Assembly (NCBI GenBank): GCA_036279355.1
Contig: DASUJH010000028.1
Location: 133,353 to 197,352, forward strand
Source: Gemmatimonadales bacterium
GTDB taxonomy: Bacteria > Gemmatimonadota > Gemmatimonadetes > Gemmatimonadales > GWC2-71-9
Direction of reading: 5' to 3'
DNA length: 64,000 nucleotides
Part shown: positions 9,688 to 19,826 of the stretch, piece after piece
Layout: each line of letters begins with the position of its first letter
How positions within the stretch are numbered: the stretch's first letter is position 1
Program-made: the position numbers and the translations under genes
Notes under the pieces: generated by a model
Database searches by the model: none
The model's input: only the letters and a program-made list of their open reading frames with translations
What the model was told of the DNA's origin: nothing

Positions 9688-10277
9688 GCCGCGCCTAGGC
9701 CGAGCCGTTCTTCGTGGGGGCGGAGGGCCGCGAGCACGAACGCGATGTGCTCGTCGAGCGGCACCCCGATCTCCTCGGCGCTGCGGCGAACGTCCTCGCG
9801 GTTCACGCCGCGCGCAAACGCCTTGTCCTTGAGTTTCTTGATCACGCTAGCCGGCGCGAGGTCCGCGAGGCTCCGCGACGGGCGCACGAGCGCGCAGGCC
9901 ACGAGGAACCCGCACAGCTCATCCACGGCAAAGAGCGCCTGCGCCAGCGGGGTGTCGCGCGGCACGCCGGTGTAGTCCGCGTGGCCGAGAATGGCGCGGC
10001 ACATCGGCTCGGGAAAGCCCTGGACGGCGAGCAGCCGCACGCCTTCGCTCGGGTGCTCCCGATCCGCCGCGTGCGCCTCGTTAGGGAAGCGCTCGTAGTC
10101 GAAGTCGTGCAGCAGGCCGACGAGCCCCCATGCGTCGGGATCTTCGCCGGCCCGCTCCGCCATGGCGCGCATGGCGAGCTCGACCGCGTACATGTGCCGG
10201 CGCAACGACTCGGAGGTGGTGTATTCGTGCACCAGCGCGAGCGCGCGCTCGCGCGCCCACGCGGAATCGGCGGTCAT
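9684..10277 (-). CDS. HD-domain phosphohydrolase
   Basis: 197 aa with H...HD metal-binding residues (RRHMYAVE ... LLHDFDYE ... HADYTG). ATGA-coupled to the flanking genes. Confidence 0.7.
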   Translation of the reverse strand: MTADSAWARERALALVHEYTTSESLRRHMYAVELAMRAMAERAGEDPDAWGLVGLLHDFDYERFPNEAHAADREHPSEGVRLLAVQGFPEPMCRAILGHADYTGVPRDTPLAQALFAVDELCGFLVACALVRPSRSLADLAPASVIKKLKDKAFARGVNREDVRRSAEEIGVPLDEHIAFVLAALRPHEERLGLGAA

Positions 10278-10594
10278 GACTGGTTCTCGATCCCGTCGGC
10301 ATGGGCGGCGGTGAGGGCCACGCGGGTCGTAGCCTCGCCGTCGAGCACGATCTCGAAAGCGTACTGGCCGGGGGCCGGAAGGGGCACGTCGAACACGAGC
10401 ACCGCCCCCGCCTCGACATCGACCACGCCCGCGGGGGGCTCGCCGAACTGTACGGTGCCTTCGCCGCCCAGCAGCTCGGTGCCCGCCGCGTCGAGGAGCC
10501 TGATCCGCATCGTATGCACGCCGATCTCGGTACGGCGCCCACGCACCCGGATCACCAGGTGGGTGCGCGGATGCATGGCCGGGAATGCGGTCAC
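10274..10594 (-). CDS. hypothetical protein; true N-terminus probably upstream at a non-ATG start
   Basis: 106 aa ORF from the first ATG. The same frame stays open up to the TAG at 10691-10693 and encodes plausible protein sequence ([32 protein letters not shown]) with no ATG/GTG/TTG near its beginning. Confidence 0.4.
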   Translation of the reverse strand: MTAFPAMHPRTHLVIRVRGRRTEIGVHTMRIRLLDAAGTELLGGEGTVQFGEPPAGVVDVEAGAVLVFDVPLPAPGQYAFEIVLDGEATTRVALTAAHADGIENQS

Positions 10595-10685
10595 CCAGAC
10601 GTGCTGAAAGATGCCGAGAACGGAGAGCTTGCCCTGCTGGTCGATCAGGGCGTAGTCGGCGAGAACCGCGAAATCGACGTGCAGC

Positions 10686-11135
10686 TCACCCTACCCGGAT
10701 CGAGTTGATCGTGTCGTTCGGCTGGATCCGGTTCACCACGTCCATGCCCTTCGTCACCTGGCCAAAAACGGTGTGGACCCGGTCGAGATGCGCCTGCGGC
10801 GAATGGCAGATGAAGAACTGGCTGCCTCCGGTGTCCTTGCCCGCGTGCGCCATGGACAATGTGCCCGCGACGTGTTTGTGGGTGTTGAGGTGAGTCTCGC
10901 ACTTGATCTTGTAGCCGGGGCCGCCGGTGCCGACGCGCGGGTTGCCGGGATCCCGGGAAAGCGGATCGCCGCCCTGGATCATGAAGTTCTGGATCACGCG
11001 ATGGAAGCGGGTGCCGTCGTAGAACTCGCCGTTGGCGAGCTTCTCGAAGTTGGCCACGGTATTCGGGACCTCGTCATCGAACAGATCGGCGACGATGGTG
11101 CCCTTGCTGGTCTCGATCGTTGCGGTCTTGGACAC
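10686..11135 (-). CDS. peptidyl-prolyl cis-trans isomerase, cyclophilin type
   Basis: ORF 10686..11261 trimmed to the GTG at 11135 ([19 protein letters not shown]), with GAGGAG just upstream. Cyclophilin motifs [15 protein letters not shown] and GTLSMAHAG. Confidence 0.85.
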   Translation of the reverse strand: MSKTATIETSKGTIVADLFDDEVPNTVANFEKLANGEFYDGTRFHRVIQNFMIQGGDPLSRDPGNPRVGTGGPGYKIKCETHLNTHKHVAGTLSMAHAGKDTGGSQFFICHSPQAHLDRVHTVFGQVTKGMDVVNRIQPNDTINSIRVG

Positions 11136-11157
11136 GGGCTCCTCGGCGAATGAGGCG

Positions 11158-13263
11158 TCAGGAAGACTCCAATGTAGCGGCCGGCGCGCGGGCGCGCAGT
11201 TCGGCTTGCCAGGCCGCTTCGTCAACCGCCGGCGGGCTGCACGCGGTGCCGCGACACGCATAGGCCGCCGCCGCGGGGCCGCGGGCGAGCATTCCGGCGA
11301 GCGCGGGCGGGAGCGTCGATCGCCCCACGTCGTCCGGCGTGAGGCGCCGCACCACGCGCCTCGGTGCGTACGCGGCGAGCGCCGTGCGGTACATCCGGGC
11401 GGCGAGGGGGTCGCGAGCGGCGCCGGTCACGACGAATTCATTTGGCGCGCCGAGGTAGCGGTCGAGGGCGAGCAGATAGGTGGCGCCGTGCAGCCCCAAC
11501 TCCGCGGCGCGGCCGGCAAACGCGCGGAGCACCTCACCTGCCCGTTCGCGCCAGCGCGCGTCGCCGGTGAGCTCGTGCAGCCGTACCGAGACGGCGGCGG
11601 CCACGCCATTGGCTGATGGGGTCGGCGTGTCCTCGACCGGTTTGATGGCGGCCGGGAGCAGTCCCTCGCCCACTTCGGGTGCGCGCGCCCGATCGAAAAA
11701 GCCGCCGCCCTTCGGGTCGCGGTAGTCGCGCCAGACCCGGTCCATGAGCCGCTCGGCCCACTCGAGCCACGCGAGGTCTCCGGTGGCTTCGTACGCGTCG
11801 AGCGCCGCGGCGGCCGCTTGCACCTGGTCGTCCAGCAACCCCCCGAGTCCACCCGGCGTGTGCGCCACCGCGTCCGGCTCGGGCGCCTCGCGGCGAATCC
11901 GCTCCAGCGTCGCGATGGCGTGGGCATGCGCCCATTCCTCATCGAGTACGGCGCCCGCGCGGAGCATCGCGGAGGCCATCATCGCGTTCCAATTGGTGTA
12001 GCGCGTGCGATCGACGAAAGGCGCGGTGCGCAGCGCCCGCGCCGCTCTGAGCTTTGCGTCGGCGGAGGCGAGGAGCTGAGCCGCGGCATCGGGGGCGACG
12101 CCCAAGCGCACCGCGACCGCGGAGAGCGTTGCCGGCACATGAAGCACGTTCTTCGCCGGGTCGTGGTGCATCTCGCCGGCGGTGCCGATGTCATAGTAGG
12201 CGGCGGCCATCTCAAATTCGGCGGGCGCCAGCACCGCGGCCGCCTCGTCGCGGGTCCAGGTGAAGTAGTCGCCGTCATCGTCGAGGCCCACGTCCGCGTC
12301 CTGACTCGCGGCGTAGCCGCCGTCGGGGTCTGCCATTACCTCGCGCACCCAATGCACGATGCCGCGGGCCACGTCAGCGTACGCCTCCACGCCGAGTGCG
12401 GCACAGGCATCGGAGTACGCGATGAGCAGCTCCGAGTTGTCATACGACATCTTCTCGAAATGGGGCACGATCCACTCGGCATCCACGCTGTAGCGATGGA
12501 AGCCGCCGCCCAGATGATCGCGGATGCCGCCGGCCGCCATCCCGTCAAGCGTGCCGACTACCGCCTCGCGGAGGCGGCGGGCCGCGGGGCCGCCGTCCGC
12601 TGCATCCCACCAGCGCCCGAGGAGGAACTCGATCGCACGCGGATGCGGAAACTTGGGCTGGGTCCCGAATCCGCCGTGCGCAGCGTCGTACGCGCCGAGC
12701 ATGAGATCGGCGGCTCCCTCGAGCAGCCGCGGCGACAGCTCGCCGGCAAGCCCGTCGTCGAGGTGACGGCCGAGCACGTCGCCGACGGCACGCGCCTGGG
12801 ATTCGACCTGGCCGCGGCGCGCGCGCCATGCCTCGAGCACGCTCGCGAGCACGGTGCGGAAGCCGGGCCGCCCGTAGGCATCCTCAGGCGGGAAGTACGT
12901 GCCGCCGTAGAACACCTGGCCATCCGGCGTGAGGAAGGCGGTGAGCGGCCAGCCGCCCTGGTGGGTGAGCATCTGCACCGCGCGCTGGTAGCGGGCATCC
13001 ACGTCGGGGCGCTCGTCGCGATCCACCTTCACGCAGACGAAGTTTTCATTGAGGATTTGGGCGGTGGCGGAGTTCTCGTACGACTCGCCATCCATGACGT
13101 GGCACCAGTGGCACCAGACGGCGCCGATGTCGAGCAGGATGGGACGCTCGGCCGCCCGCGCCGCGGCAAAGGCCTCGGGGCCCCACGCGTACCAGTGGAT
13201 CGGCTGGTGGGCAGCGGAGCGGAGGTAGGCGGAGCGCTCGTCGGCGAGGCGGTTGGCGGCCAT
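11158..13263 (-). CDS. thioredoxin-domain protein (DUF255 / YyaL-like, with six-hairpin C-terminal domain)
   Basis: ORF 11158..13374 trimmed to the ATG at 13263 ([32 protein letters not shown]). Contains [16 protein letters not shown] and [12 protein letters not shown] motifs. Confidence 0.8.
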   Translation of the reverse strand: MAANRLADERSAYLRSAAHQPIHWYAWGPEAFAAARAAERPILLDIGAVWCHWCHVMDGESYENSATAQILNENFVCVKVDRDERPDVDARYQRAVQMLTHQGGWPLTAFLTPDGQVFYGGTYFPPEDAYGRPGFRTVLASVLEAWRARRGQVESQARAVGDVLGRHLDDGLAGELSPRLLEGAADLMLGAYDAAHGGFGTQPKFPHPRAIEFLLGRWWDAADGGPAARRLREAVVGTLDGMAAGGIRDHLGGGFHRYSVDAEWIVPHFEKMSYDNSELLIAYSDACAALGVEAYADVARGIVHWVREVMADPDGGYAASQDADVGLDDDGDYFTWTRDEAAAVLAPAEFEMAAAYYDIGTAGEMHHDPAKNVLHVPATLSAVAVRLGVAPDAAAQLLASADAKLRAARALRTAPFVDRTRYTNWNAMMASAMLRAGAVLDEEWAHAHAIATLERIRREAPEPDAVAHTPGGLGGLLDDQVQAAAAALDAYEATGDLAWLEWAERLMDRVWRDYRDPKGGGFFDRARAPEVGEGLLPAAIKPVEDTPTPSANGVAAAVSVRLHELTGDARWRERAGEVLRAFAGRAAELGLHGATYLLALDRYLGAPNEFVVTGAARDPLAARMYRTALAAYAPRRVVRRLTPDDVGRSTLPPALAGMLARGPAAAAYACRGTACSPPAVDEAAWQAELRARAPAATLESS

Positions 13264-13464
13264 GCCCGGAAATATGCACGATCGAGCGGTCGGCGCGGGC
13301 TCAGGCCGGACGAAGCGCCGCCGTTCACGCGCGCCGCTTGACCGGCGGCGCGCTATACCGTACCGTACAGCCACATCGCCCGGCGATGGAGTTCGCCCGG
13401 AACCGCCGTCCCCGACGGCTGATGACTCCTGAACGGCCTGGATCGGCCGCCGGGAGATTTTTTT

Positions 13465-14685
13465 GTGCCGCCCTCCCTCCGCTGGTCCGCAGCATGGAGG
13501 GAGTCACCCGTGCACTCCAACGTCTGGCTGGTTGCCACCGTCTGGATGGCGCTCGCGCTTCTCGCGAGCCTGATCTCGATCCGGGTCGGCGTCTCGGTGG
13601 CGCTCGTCGAGATCCTGCTGGGCGTCGTTGCGGGCAATTTCCTCGACGTACACACGACCCCGTGGATCGATTTCCTCGCCACATTCGGATCCGGCTTGCT
13701 CACCTTTCTGGCCGGTGCCGAGATCGATCCCGATTCGCTCCGGCGCCATCTCAAGCCGGCACTGGTGATCGGGGCGGTCGGGTTCACCGCTCCATTCCTC
13801 GCCGCCGGTGCCTTCGCGTACTGGGTGGCGCACTGGGAGCGGCACGCCGCCTACATCGCCGGCATCGCGCTCTCGACCACATCGGTTGCGGTGGTGTATG
13901 CGGTGATGGTGGAGACCGGTCTCAACCGCACGGAGATCGGCAAGCTGATCCTCGCCGCCTGCTTCGTGAACGATTTCGGCACCGTGCTCGCCCTTGGCAT
14001 CGTCTTCGCGAACTTCAACGGCTGGCTGGCGCTCTTCGTCGCCGTGACCGCGACCGTGCTCTGGTATCTGCCGAGGCTCACGCGCTACGTGATCCGCAGC
14101 GTAGGCCAACGGGTGAGCGAACCCGAGGTCAAGTTCGTCTTCCTGATCCTGTTCGGGCTTGGCGGATTGGCGCAGGTGGCCAGGAGCGAAGCGGTGCTGC
14201 CGGCGTATCTGGTCGGGCTGGTGATCGCCGGCGTGTTCGTGCGCGACCGCGCGCTCATGGATCGCATGCGGGCCATCGCGTTCAGCCTGCTCACGCCGTT
14301 CTACTTTCTCAAGGCCGGGCTGTACGTGTCGCTCCCCTCGGTCGCGGCCGGCGCGCTGCTCATCGCGGCGCTCCTCCTCACCAAGATGGGTTCCAAGGTG
14401 GTGGGCATCTGGCCGCTCACGCGCGCGTTCGCGTTCGAGCGCCGCGAAGGTGTGTACACGACGCTGCTCATGTCGACCGGACTCACCTTCGGGACGATCT
14501 CCGCCCTGTTCGGGCTCACCAATCACATCATCACCCAGGCGCAGTACACGGTGCTCGTTACCGTGGTGATCGGCAGCGCCATCGTCCCGACGCTCATCGC
14601 GCAACGCTGGTTCGCACCGGCGGCCGCCGGGCCGCCGGCGGTGGCGCCGCCGGCACCGGTTCCGCAGCCCGCATCGGCGATCTGA
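13465..14685 (+). CDS. cation:proton antiporter (CPA family, Kef/NapA-like)
   Basis: 406 aa, about 11-12 TM helices, LVEILLGVVAGN motif. GTG start preceded by GGGAGA 7 nt upstream. Confidence 0.8.
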   Translation: MPPSLRWSAAWRESPVHSNVWLVATVWMALALLASLISIRVGVSVALVEILLGVVAGNFLDVHTTPWIDFLATFGSGLLTFLAGAEIDPDSLRRHLKPALVIGAVGFTAPFLAAGAFAYWVAHWERHAAYIAGIALSTTSVAVVYAVMVETGLNRTEIGKLILAACFVNDFGTVLALGIVFANFNGWLALFVAVTATVLWYLPRLTRYVIRSVGQRVSEPEVKFVFLILFGLGGLAQVARSEAVLPAYLVGLVIAGVFVRDRALMDRMRAIAFSLLTPFYFLKAGLYVSLPSVAAGALLIAALLLTKMGSKVVGIWPLTRAFAFERREGVYTTLLMSTGLTFGTISALFGLTNHIITQAQYTVLVTVVIGSAIVPTLIAQRWFAPAAAGPPAVAPPAPVPQPASAI

Positions 14686-14736
14686 GACCAGTACGGGCCG
14701 GGAGGCCAGCTTGCTTCGAACGAATCTCCTGGTGCG

Positions 14737-16470
14737 ATGACCGCGCGCGCGCCGCTCGATGCGCTTGCCGCGATCGGCGATGAAGCGGGGGTGCCCGGCA
14801 CCGCGGCGGAAGCGCGCGAGTTGGCCGGACGTCTGGGGGCGGGCCGATTCTACGTGGCCTGCGTCGGAGAGTTCAAGCGCGGCAAATCCACGCTCATCAA
14901 CTCCCTCACCGGCACCTCCGTCCTCCCAACCGGCATAGTGCCGGTCACCGCGGTGCCCACCATCCTGCGCCACGGGGACCTCGGTGCGCGCGTTCGGCTG
15001 CAGGATGGCTGGCATGCGGTGGACCCGGGAACGCTCGCCGAGTACGTCTCGGAGGCGTGCAACCCCGGGAATCGCCGTCATGTGCTCGCAGTCGAGGTCT
15101 TCGTCCCGAGCCCGCTGCTCGCACGCGGGCTCTGCCTCGTGGACACGCCTGGGCTGGGCTCGGCGGTCCAAGCCAACACCCGCGCCACGCGCGAATTTCT
15201 CCCGCACATCGACGCCGTCATCGCAGTCCTCGGCGCCGATCCACCGATCTCGGGCGAGGAGCTGAGTTTCATTGCGGAAGCGGCGGCGGGGGTCGAGATG
15301 CTGCTCGTCGTGCTCAACAAGGCCGACCGCATTCCGGCGGCGGACCGCGCGGAGGCTGCTGCGTTTACAGCGCGCCTGCTCTGCGAACGGCTCGGCCGCG
15401 CGCCGTCGCGGATCTTTGAGGTGAGTGCCCTCGCCGGCCAGCGTGATGGCGTGACGCATGGCGAATGGCTCGAGCTCTTGGCGGCGCTCGAGCAACTGCA
15501 CGGCCGGGCGGCGGAGGCCGTTCTGGCCACCGCCGAGCGACGCGGGCTCGCCCGGCTGGCCGCCCGACTTACGTGGGCACTCGACGAGCGGCGCCGGGCG
15601 CTGGTGGATCCGCTCGAAACAACCGAGGCCCGCGCGCGCGCCCTCGAGGCGCTCGGTGCGGAGACGGACCGCGCGTTGAGTGATCTCGCCCCGCTGCTCG
15701 CTGCCGAACTACAACGCCTGACGCGGCAGCTTGCACGCGAGCGGGAGCGCTTTATCAGCGACGTGACTCCGCGCGGCCGGATGCTGCTGGCGGAGCGCAC
15801 GAGGGCGTCCGGCGCCGCGTTCACCCGACTCGACGCGCTCGCGGCGGCCGAAGCCGTCGCGCGAGCCGTCCTCGAGCCCTGGCTCGAAGTGATGGAGCAT
15901 GAGGCGTCGGGCCAGTACACCGTCGCCACGCTTCGGTTCCGCGAGCTGGCGAACCAGCTGATGGCGCGATTGCTCGGGTCGGTGCCGGGCAGGAACGGCA
16001 CCTTCTCACTGCCCGAGACGGCCACCGATGGGTTCGCAACGCCGCGCCGATTCTACTTCACCGCGCTCATGCAGTACCACTACCGCGCGGCACCCGGCCG
16101 GCAGCTTGCGGAGCGGCTCATGCCGGCGGCGGTGCGCCGCCGCCGCGCCACCGCCGCCGCCAACTCCTATCTCAATCACCTGCTCGAGGTCAATGCCTCG
16201 CGCGTCGAGGGCGATCTCGCCGAGCGGATCGCGGAGAGTCGCCGGTGCCTGGAACGCGCCACGCGCGCCGAAATGCGGGAGGTGCGTCGCGCGAGCCTCG
16301 ATGCGCTCGCGCGTGCACGGGCCACGCAGGAAGCCGGGGAGCGGGCCGTGGCGCACGAGCTCGGGCAAATCGAGCGCTGGCTGGAGGAAATCCGGGCGCT
16401 CATGGACTCGGGCAATCAGGCGCCGTGGCCGGCGGGATCGGGCCACGCAGCCGCCGGCTCACTCGGGTGA
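14737..16470 (+). CDS. dynamin-family large GTPase (bacterial dynamin-like protein)
   Basis: G1 GEFKRGKST, G3 DTPGLGS, G4 LNKAD, followed by a long helical Ala/Arg/Leu-rich stalk. Confidence 0.75.
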   Translation: MTARAPLDALAAIGDEAGVPGTAAEARELAGRLGAGRFYVACVGEFKRGKSTLINSLTGTSVLPTGIVPVTAVPTILRHGDLGARVRLQDGWHAVDPGTLAEYVSEACNPGNRRHVLAVEVFVPSPLLARGLCLVDTPGLGSAVQANTRATREFLPHIDAVIAVLGADPPISGEELSFIAEAAAGVEMLLVVLNKADRIPAADRAEAAAFTARLLCERLGRAPSRIFEVSALAGQRDGVTHGEWLELLAALEQLHGRAAEAVLATAERRGLARLAARLTWALDERRRALVDPLETTEARARALEALGAETDRALSDLAPLLAAELQRLTRQLARERERFISDVTPRGRMLLAERTRASGAAFTRLDALAAAEAVARAVLEPWLEVMEHEASGQYTVATLRFRELANQLMARLLGSVPGRNGTFSLPETATDGFATPRRFYFTALMQYHYRAAPGRQLAERLMPAAVRRRRATAAANSYLNHLLEVNASRVEGDLAERIAESRRCLERATRAEMREVRRASLDALARARATQEAGERAVAHELGQIERWLEEIRALMDSGNQAPWPAGSGHAAAGSLG

Positions 16471-16908
16471 ACGCAGGCGCGCCGCGATCGCCTCGAGGCG
16501 GCTGACCATTTCGGCAAGTGCGGGGTCAATCTCGCGCGCCACGCCCGGATCGACCTCGCCGTAGCCGGCCAGGCCGCGGGATCCGGCGTCTTCCAGATCG
16601 ACGATCGCACGGCTCACGAGGGCCGCCACCCGCCGCTGCCGCGATTGGACGCGGGGCTCCAGGCCGAGCCGGTCCGCCAGCTCGCCGATGCGCTCACGGA
16701 GATCGAGCACGCGGTCGCGGACGGCGGTGCCGAATTGGGGGTTCAGGTCGCGCACGTCCTCGAGCAGCCGCGCCGGGCGAGCCGGCAGGTCGGCAAGGCG
16801 CTCGATCTCGCCGAGGGCTTCCTCCAGTTGCTCGAGGAAGACGGCGAGGTGTCGCCGCTGCGACTCGTTGAGCCGGACCGTATTCGCCGGGCGGCGCGAT
16901 CGGCTCAC
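16459..16908 (-). CDS. hypothetical helical protein
   Basis: 149 aa with a heptad-like charged/leucine pattern and no recognisable motif. Its 3' end overlaps the dynamin gene's 3' end by 12 nt (convergent). Confidence 0.4.
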   Translation of the reverse strand: MSRSRRPANTVRLNESQRRHLAVFLEQLEEALGEIERLADLPARPARLLEDVRDLNPQFGTAVRDRVLDLRERIGELADRLGLEPRVQSRQRRVAALVSRAIVDLEDAGSRGLAGYGEVDPGVAREIDPALAEMVSRLEAIAARLRSPE

Positions 16909-16929
16909 GCTACGCCGCGCACCGACACC

Positions 16930-17349
16930 TTACGCGTCCGTGGCCGGCGGCGGCTCGGGCCGCCAGTGCCCTGTGCGCTCGATGTTCCAGGTGTCTCCGC
17001 GCTCCTCGGCCGGCATGCCGGGCCGATACATGATGACCCGGGCTCGCTCGAGCGTGATGAGCCCGCCGCCGATCATCTCGTCGAGCTCGGGCAGGATGGC
17101 TTCGATTCGCTCCTCCGTGTCCACGCACTCGACCACGATCGGAAGATCGAGCGAGAGCAGCTCGAGCCTGTCGGTATGCAGCTTGGAGCTGGCGCCGAAC
17201 CCCATGATCGCGCGGAACACGGTGGCGCCGGCGTAATGCCGCTCGCGCAGCAGCTCGACGATGGCCTGGTACAGCGGCCGCCCGTGCCACTTGTCCCGCT
17301 CGCCGATGTGGATCCGCATCAGCGTCCGCTCGCCCTTGAATCCGTGCAT
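16930..17349 (-). CDS. DUF190 (UPF0166) protein, the usual CrcB-associated partner
   Basis: MRIHIGERDKWHGRPLYQAIVELLRERHYAGATVFRAIMGFG matches the family pattern. Lies directly downstream of crcB. Confidence 0.75.
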   Translation of the reverse strand: MHGFKGERTLMRIHIGERDKWHGRPLYQAIVELLRERHYAGATVFRAIMGFGASSKLHTDRLELLSLDLPIVVECVDTEERIEAILPELDEMIGGGLITLERARVIMYRPGMPAEERGDTWNIERTGHWRPEPPPATDA

Positions 17350-17361
17350 GGTGACCCTCTC

Positions 17362-17751
17362 CTAGAGCCCCCGCCGCGCGTTCAGAATTTCGCGCGCGAG
17401 GCCGAAGCCCGCGAAAACGCCCGCGAGCGACACCGCCACGCTCAGCACGATGTACAGCGCGGCGCGGCTCGCTTCGCCGTCCTCGAGCAGCGCCGCGGTT
17501 TCATAACTGAAGGTGGAGAACGTCGTGTAGCCGCCGCAGAAGCCGGTGGTGAGAAGCGCGCGCACCTCGGGCGAGATGGCCGGCGTCTCCAGCGCGTAGC
17601 GCAGCAGGAAGCCGAGCAGGAACGAGCCGGTGATGTTGACGATGAGGGTTCCGACCGGAAATGCCACACCCGACCGCTGCTGCAGGAACGCGCCGAGAAG
17701 GAATCTGCTGGCGCTGCCGAGCGCGCCGCCGAGCGCCACGTACCAGATCAT
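17362..17751 (-). CDS. crcB: fluoride ion channel CrcB/FluC
   Basis: 129 aa, 4 TM helices, with GGALGSASRF, GTLIVNITGSFLLG and GFCGGYTTFSTFS motifs. Confidence 0.9.
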   Translation of the reverse strand: MIWYVALGGALGSASRFLLGAFLQQRSGVAFPVGTLIVNITGSFLLGFLLRYALETPAISPEVRALLTTGFCGGYTTFSTFSYETAALLEDGEASRAALYIVLSVAVSLAGVFAGFGLAREILNARRGL

Positions 17752-17814
17752 CCCGGCTCGCGAGCTTGGGGGGAACGAGCGCTCGGCCGGTGCGTGGCGC
17801 GAATTGCCAGGCGG

Positions 17815-18198
17815 CTACTTCTTGTGACTGATGGAGTAGACGTAGGCAGCCACCATGTTCACCTGGTCGTCCGTGATGGTGGAGCCGCCTCGCGGCGGCA
17901 TCGGAATGCCGCTCTTCGACTCTTCCTTGGTGACGCCCTTCTTGATGTATGCGACGATTGCCGGATAGCTGCCGTCGCTGTGGAGCCACGTGTGATCCAC
18001 CAACTTGGTGTTCGGCCCGAGCAGGCCCTCGCCGCTCTGGCCGTGGCAGGCGTAGCAGTTGCCGTCGCCCGTGAAGATCGCCTTGCCCTTGTCCACCATC
18101 GCCTGCGTGACCCCGGCGGGCAGACCCTGGGCGCTCGCCGGCACGGCGGCGACGAGTCCAGCGGCGACGAGCAGGCCAAGACGAGTGCGCATGTCCAT
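17815..18198 (-). CDS. class I c-type cytochrome, exported
   Basis: Signal peptide, single CYACH heme motif and a distal Met region (IPMPPRGG). AGGAG RBS upstream. Confidence 0.8.
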   Translation of the reverse strand: MDMRTRLGLLVAAGLVAAVPASAQGLPAGVTQAMVDKGKAIFTGDGNCYACHGQSGEGLLGPNTKLVDHTWLHSDGSYPAIVAYIKKGVTKEESKSGIPMPPRGGSTITDDQVNMVAAYVYSISHKK

Positions 18199-18451
18199 CG
18201 TATGTGCTCCTGTTGCGTTGGGCTCGCGGCCGCCGGTTTTGCCCGGTGCGGGATCAAGGGGCCGAATTTTTGGCTGAATACGAGTTTGAGAATACGCCGG
18301 CAGCAGGCCGGGTCAAGGGCGGGAGCAACTCCCGGGCCGACCAGCCTCACTGATTGATCGGACCCGCAAGTTGCTGGGGACGTGGGACTTGGGGCACAGC
18401 CACGCGGGCCACCGCCCGCTCCGCTGTCATCCGCCGATGTCGGAGCGGGGC

Positions 18452-19711
18452 TCAGTTCCTGGCGCCCGCGATGGGCGCGGCGGCGGGGCCGGCCGCGCTC
18501 AGCGCCTGCTCGCGCCCATGGAAGATCCCGGGATCGTACGCGCTCCGCGGGTTCCAGAGCACCCACGACTCGATGCCGACGTCCCGGGCGGCGCGGATCT
18601 GGGCCCGCACTTCCGCCGGCGTATAGCGCGGCGGCCCCAGCGTGAAGGCCTGGAGGTAGGGACGGATCTCGGCGGCGCGTGCGAGCGGCGTCGTGCGCCG
18701 GAGGCCGTCCTCGAGCGCGCGGTGCACGATCTCGTACGGCTTGCTGTTCGGCCGGCTGATGTCGTACATCCCGCGATAGTAGTGGCTCGGGTATACCATC
18801 GGCAGCACCACGTCGGCGGTGGAGACGAGATCCTCCCAGTGCTGGCCGATTCCCATGTCGCCCTGCGCCGTGGTCGTGAGGCCGAAGACGTCGATCGTGA
18901 ACCGTACGCCGAGCGGACGGGTGCGCTGGCCCAGGATCCGGAGGCCGTGCACCACGCCGTCGCGGAGCGTTTCGCCCGAGTCGCGGGAGGCGAACACGGC
19001 GGTGGCCATTCGCTGCTTCGGCTCGTCCGGAAAGCGCACGTAGTCATACTGCACTTCCGCAAAGCCTTTGCGCACCGCCTCCGCCGCGAGCTGCGACGCA
19101 TACACCCATACCGAGTCGTTGAAGGCATCCACCCACGAGAAGCCGAGCCGGTCGTGCCAGAGCCCGCCGCCGGTGCTCTGGATGGCCCAGGCGGCCTTGT
19201 GCGAGGCGAGGAGCGGATCCTTCGCGACGACGATGCGGGCGATCGGATAGATCCCGTGCTCCGCCAGCATTCGGAGCCGGGCCTCGACATCCCTCGTGCG
19301 AGGCTTGTCGTCGGCGCCGATGGCGACGGCGGTGGGCACGGCGGAGCGGTAGGTGAGATAGCCCGTGTCGTCCTTCACGTCGATGACGAAGGCGTTGATC
19401 TCGGTCGAATCGGCGAGCGCCACCAATTGTGCCAGCCGCCCGCCGCCGAACGCCCAGGCATTGACGTAGATCGCGCGGAGCGGACGGGGCGGGTCGACCA
19501 GCGGAGGCGCCGGCCAGTGCAGCGTGTCGGCTGCGGCGCCGGGCAGCGAGTGAGCCGGTGCGAGCGGCGTGCTTCCGAGCTCGTCACCCCAATGCGACGC
19601 GGTGCGCGCAGGGGGCTCGGCCGGGGGCGAGTGAGGCGAGGCGTTCTGGGCGGCGGCGATTGACATCGGTGCACACAGCGCGACGATGCCGCAGAACACG
19701 ATGCGCAGCAT
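18452..19711 (-). CDS. putative glycoside hydrolase-like TIM-barrel protein (DUF4015-like), exported
   Basis: ORF 18452..19753 trimmed to the ATG at 19711 (MLRIVFCGIVALCAPMSIAAAQ signal). Contains RAIYVNAWAFGG ... INAFVIDVKDDTGYLTY ... VQYDYVRFP. Confidence 0.65.
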   Translation of the reverse strand: MLRIVFCGIVALCAPMSIAAAQNASPHSPPAEPPARTASHWGDELGSTPLAPAHSLPGAAADTLHWPAPPLVDPPRPLRAIYVNAWAFGGGRLAQLVALADSTEINAFVIDVKDDTGYLTYRSAVPTAVAIGADDKPRTRDVEARLRMLAEHGIYPIARIVVAKDPLLASHKAAWAIQSTGGGLWHDRLGFSWVDAFNDSVWVYASQLAAEAVRKGFAEVQYDYVRFPDEPKQRMATAVFASRDSGETLRDGVVHGLRILGQRTRPLGVRFTIDVFGLTTTAQGDMGIGQHWEDLVSTADVVLPMVYPSHYYRGMYDISRPNSKPYEIVHRALEDGLRRTTPLARAAEIRPYLQAFTLGPPRYTPAEVRAQIRAARDVGIESWVLWNPRSAYDPGIFHGREQALSAAGPAAAPIAGARN

Positions 19712-19826
19712 TCGACACCCCAGGTCGAGGTCCAGGCCGACCAAGGGCGCCAACCCGCAATGTCTCGAAGAGTTGGCGCCCTGCCGTCGCCTGCGTGTAA
19801 CCGGGAATGTCGATCAGGAGCGCAAA

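Noticed and set aside
7723-9975. 750-aa plus-strand ORF
   Set aside because: Antisense to the ECF sigma, PLD/cardiolipin synthase and HD genes, all of which carry clear motifs. Its composition is the Arg/Ala/Gly/Pro shadow type.
13504-15501. 665-aa minus-strand ORF
   Set aside because: Antisense to the cation antiporter (clear TM pattern) and to the dynamin-like GTPase (G1/G3/G4 motifs). No motif of its own.
17752-17814. Expected fluoride riboswitch (crcB motif) upstream of crcB
   Set aside because: The 63-nt spacer (sense: ccgcctggcaattcgcgccacgcaccggccgagcgctcgttccccccaagctcgcgagccggg) lacks the conserved GAUGG and CUGAUGAUGCCUAC-like elements as I remember them. It holds only a 10-nt palindrome (CGAGCGCTCG). 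A covariance-model scan (Rfam RF01734) would settle it.
16645-18357. 570-aa plus-strand ORF
   Set aside because: Antisense to the hypothetical gene, DUF190, crcB and the cytochrome c gene. Shadow-ORF composition.
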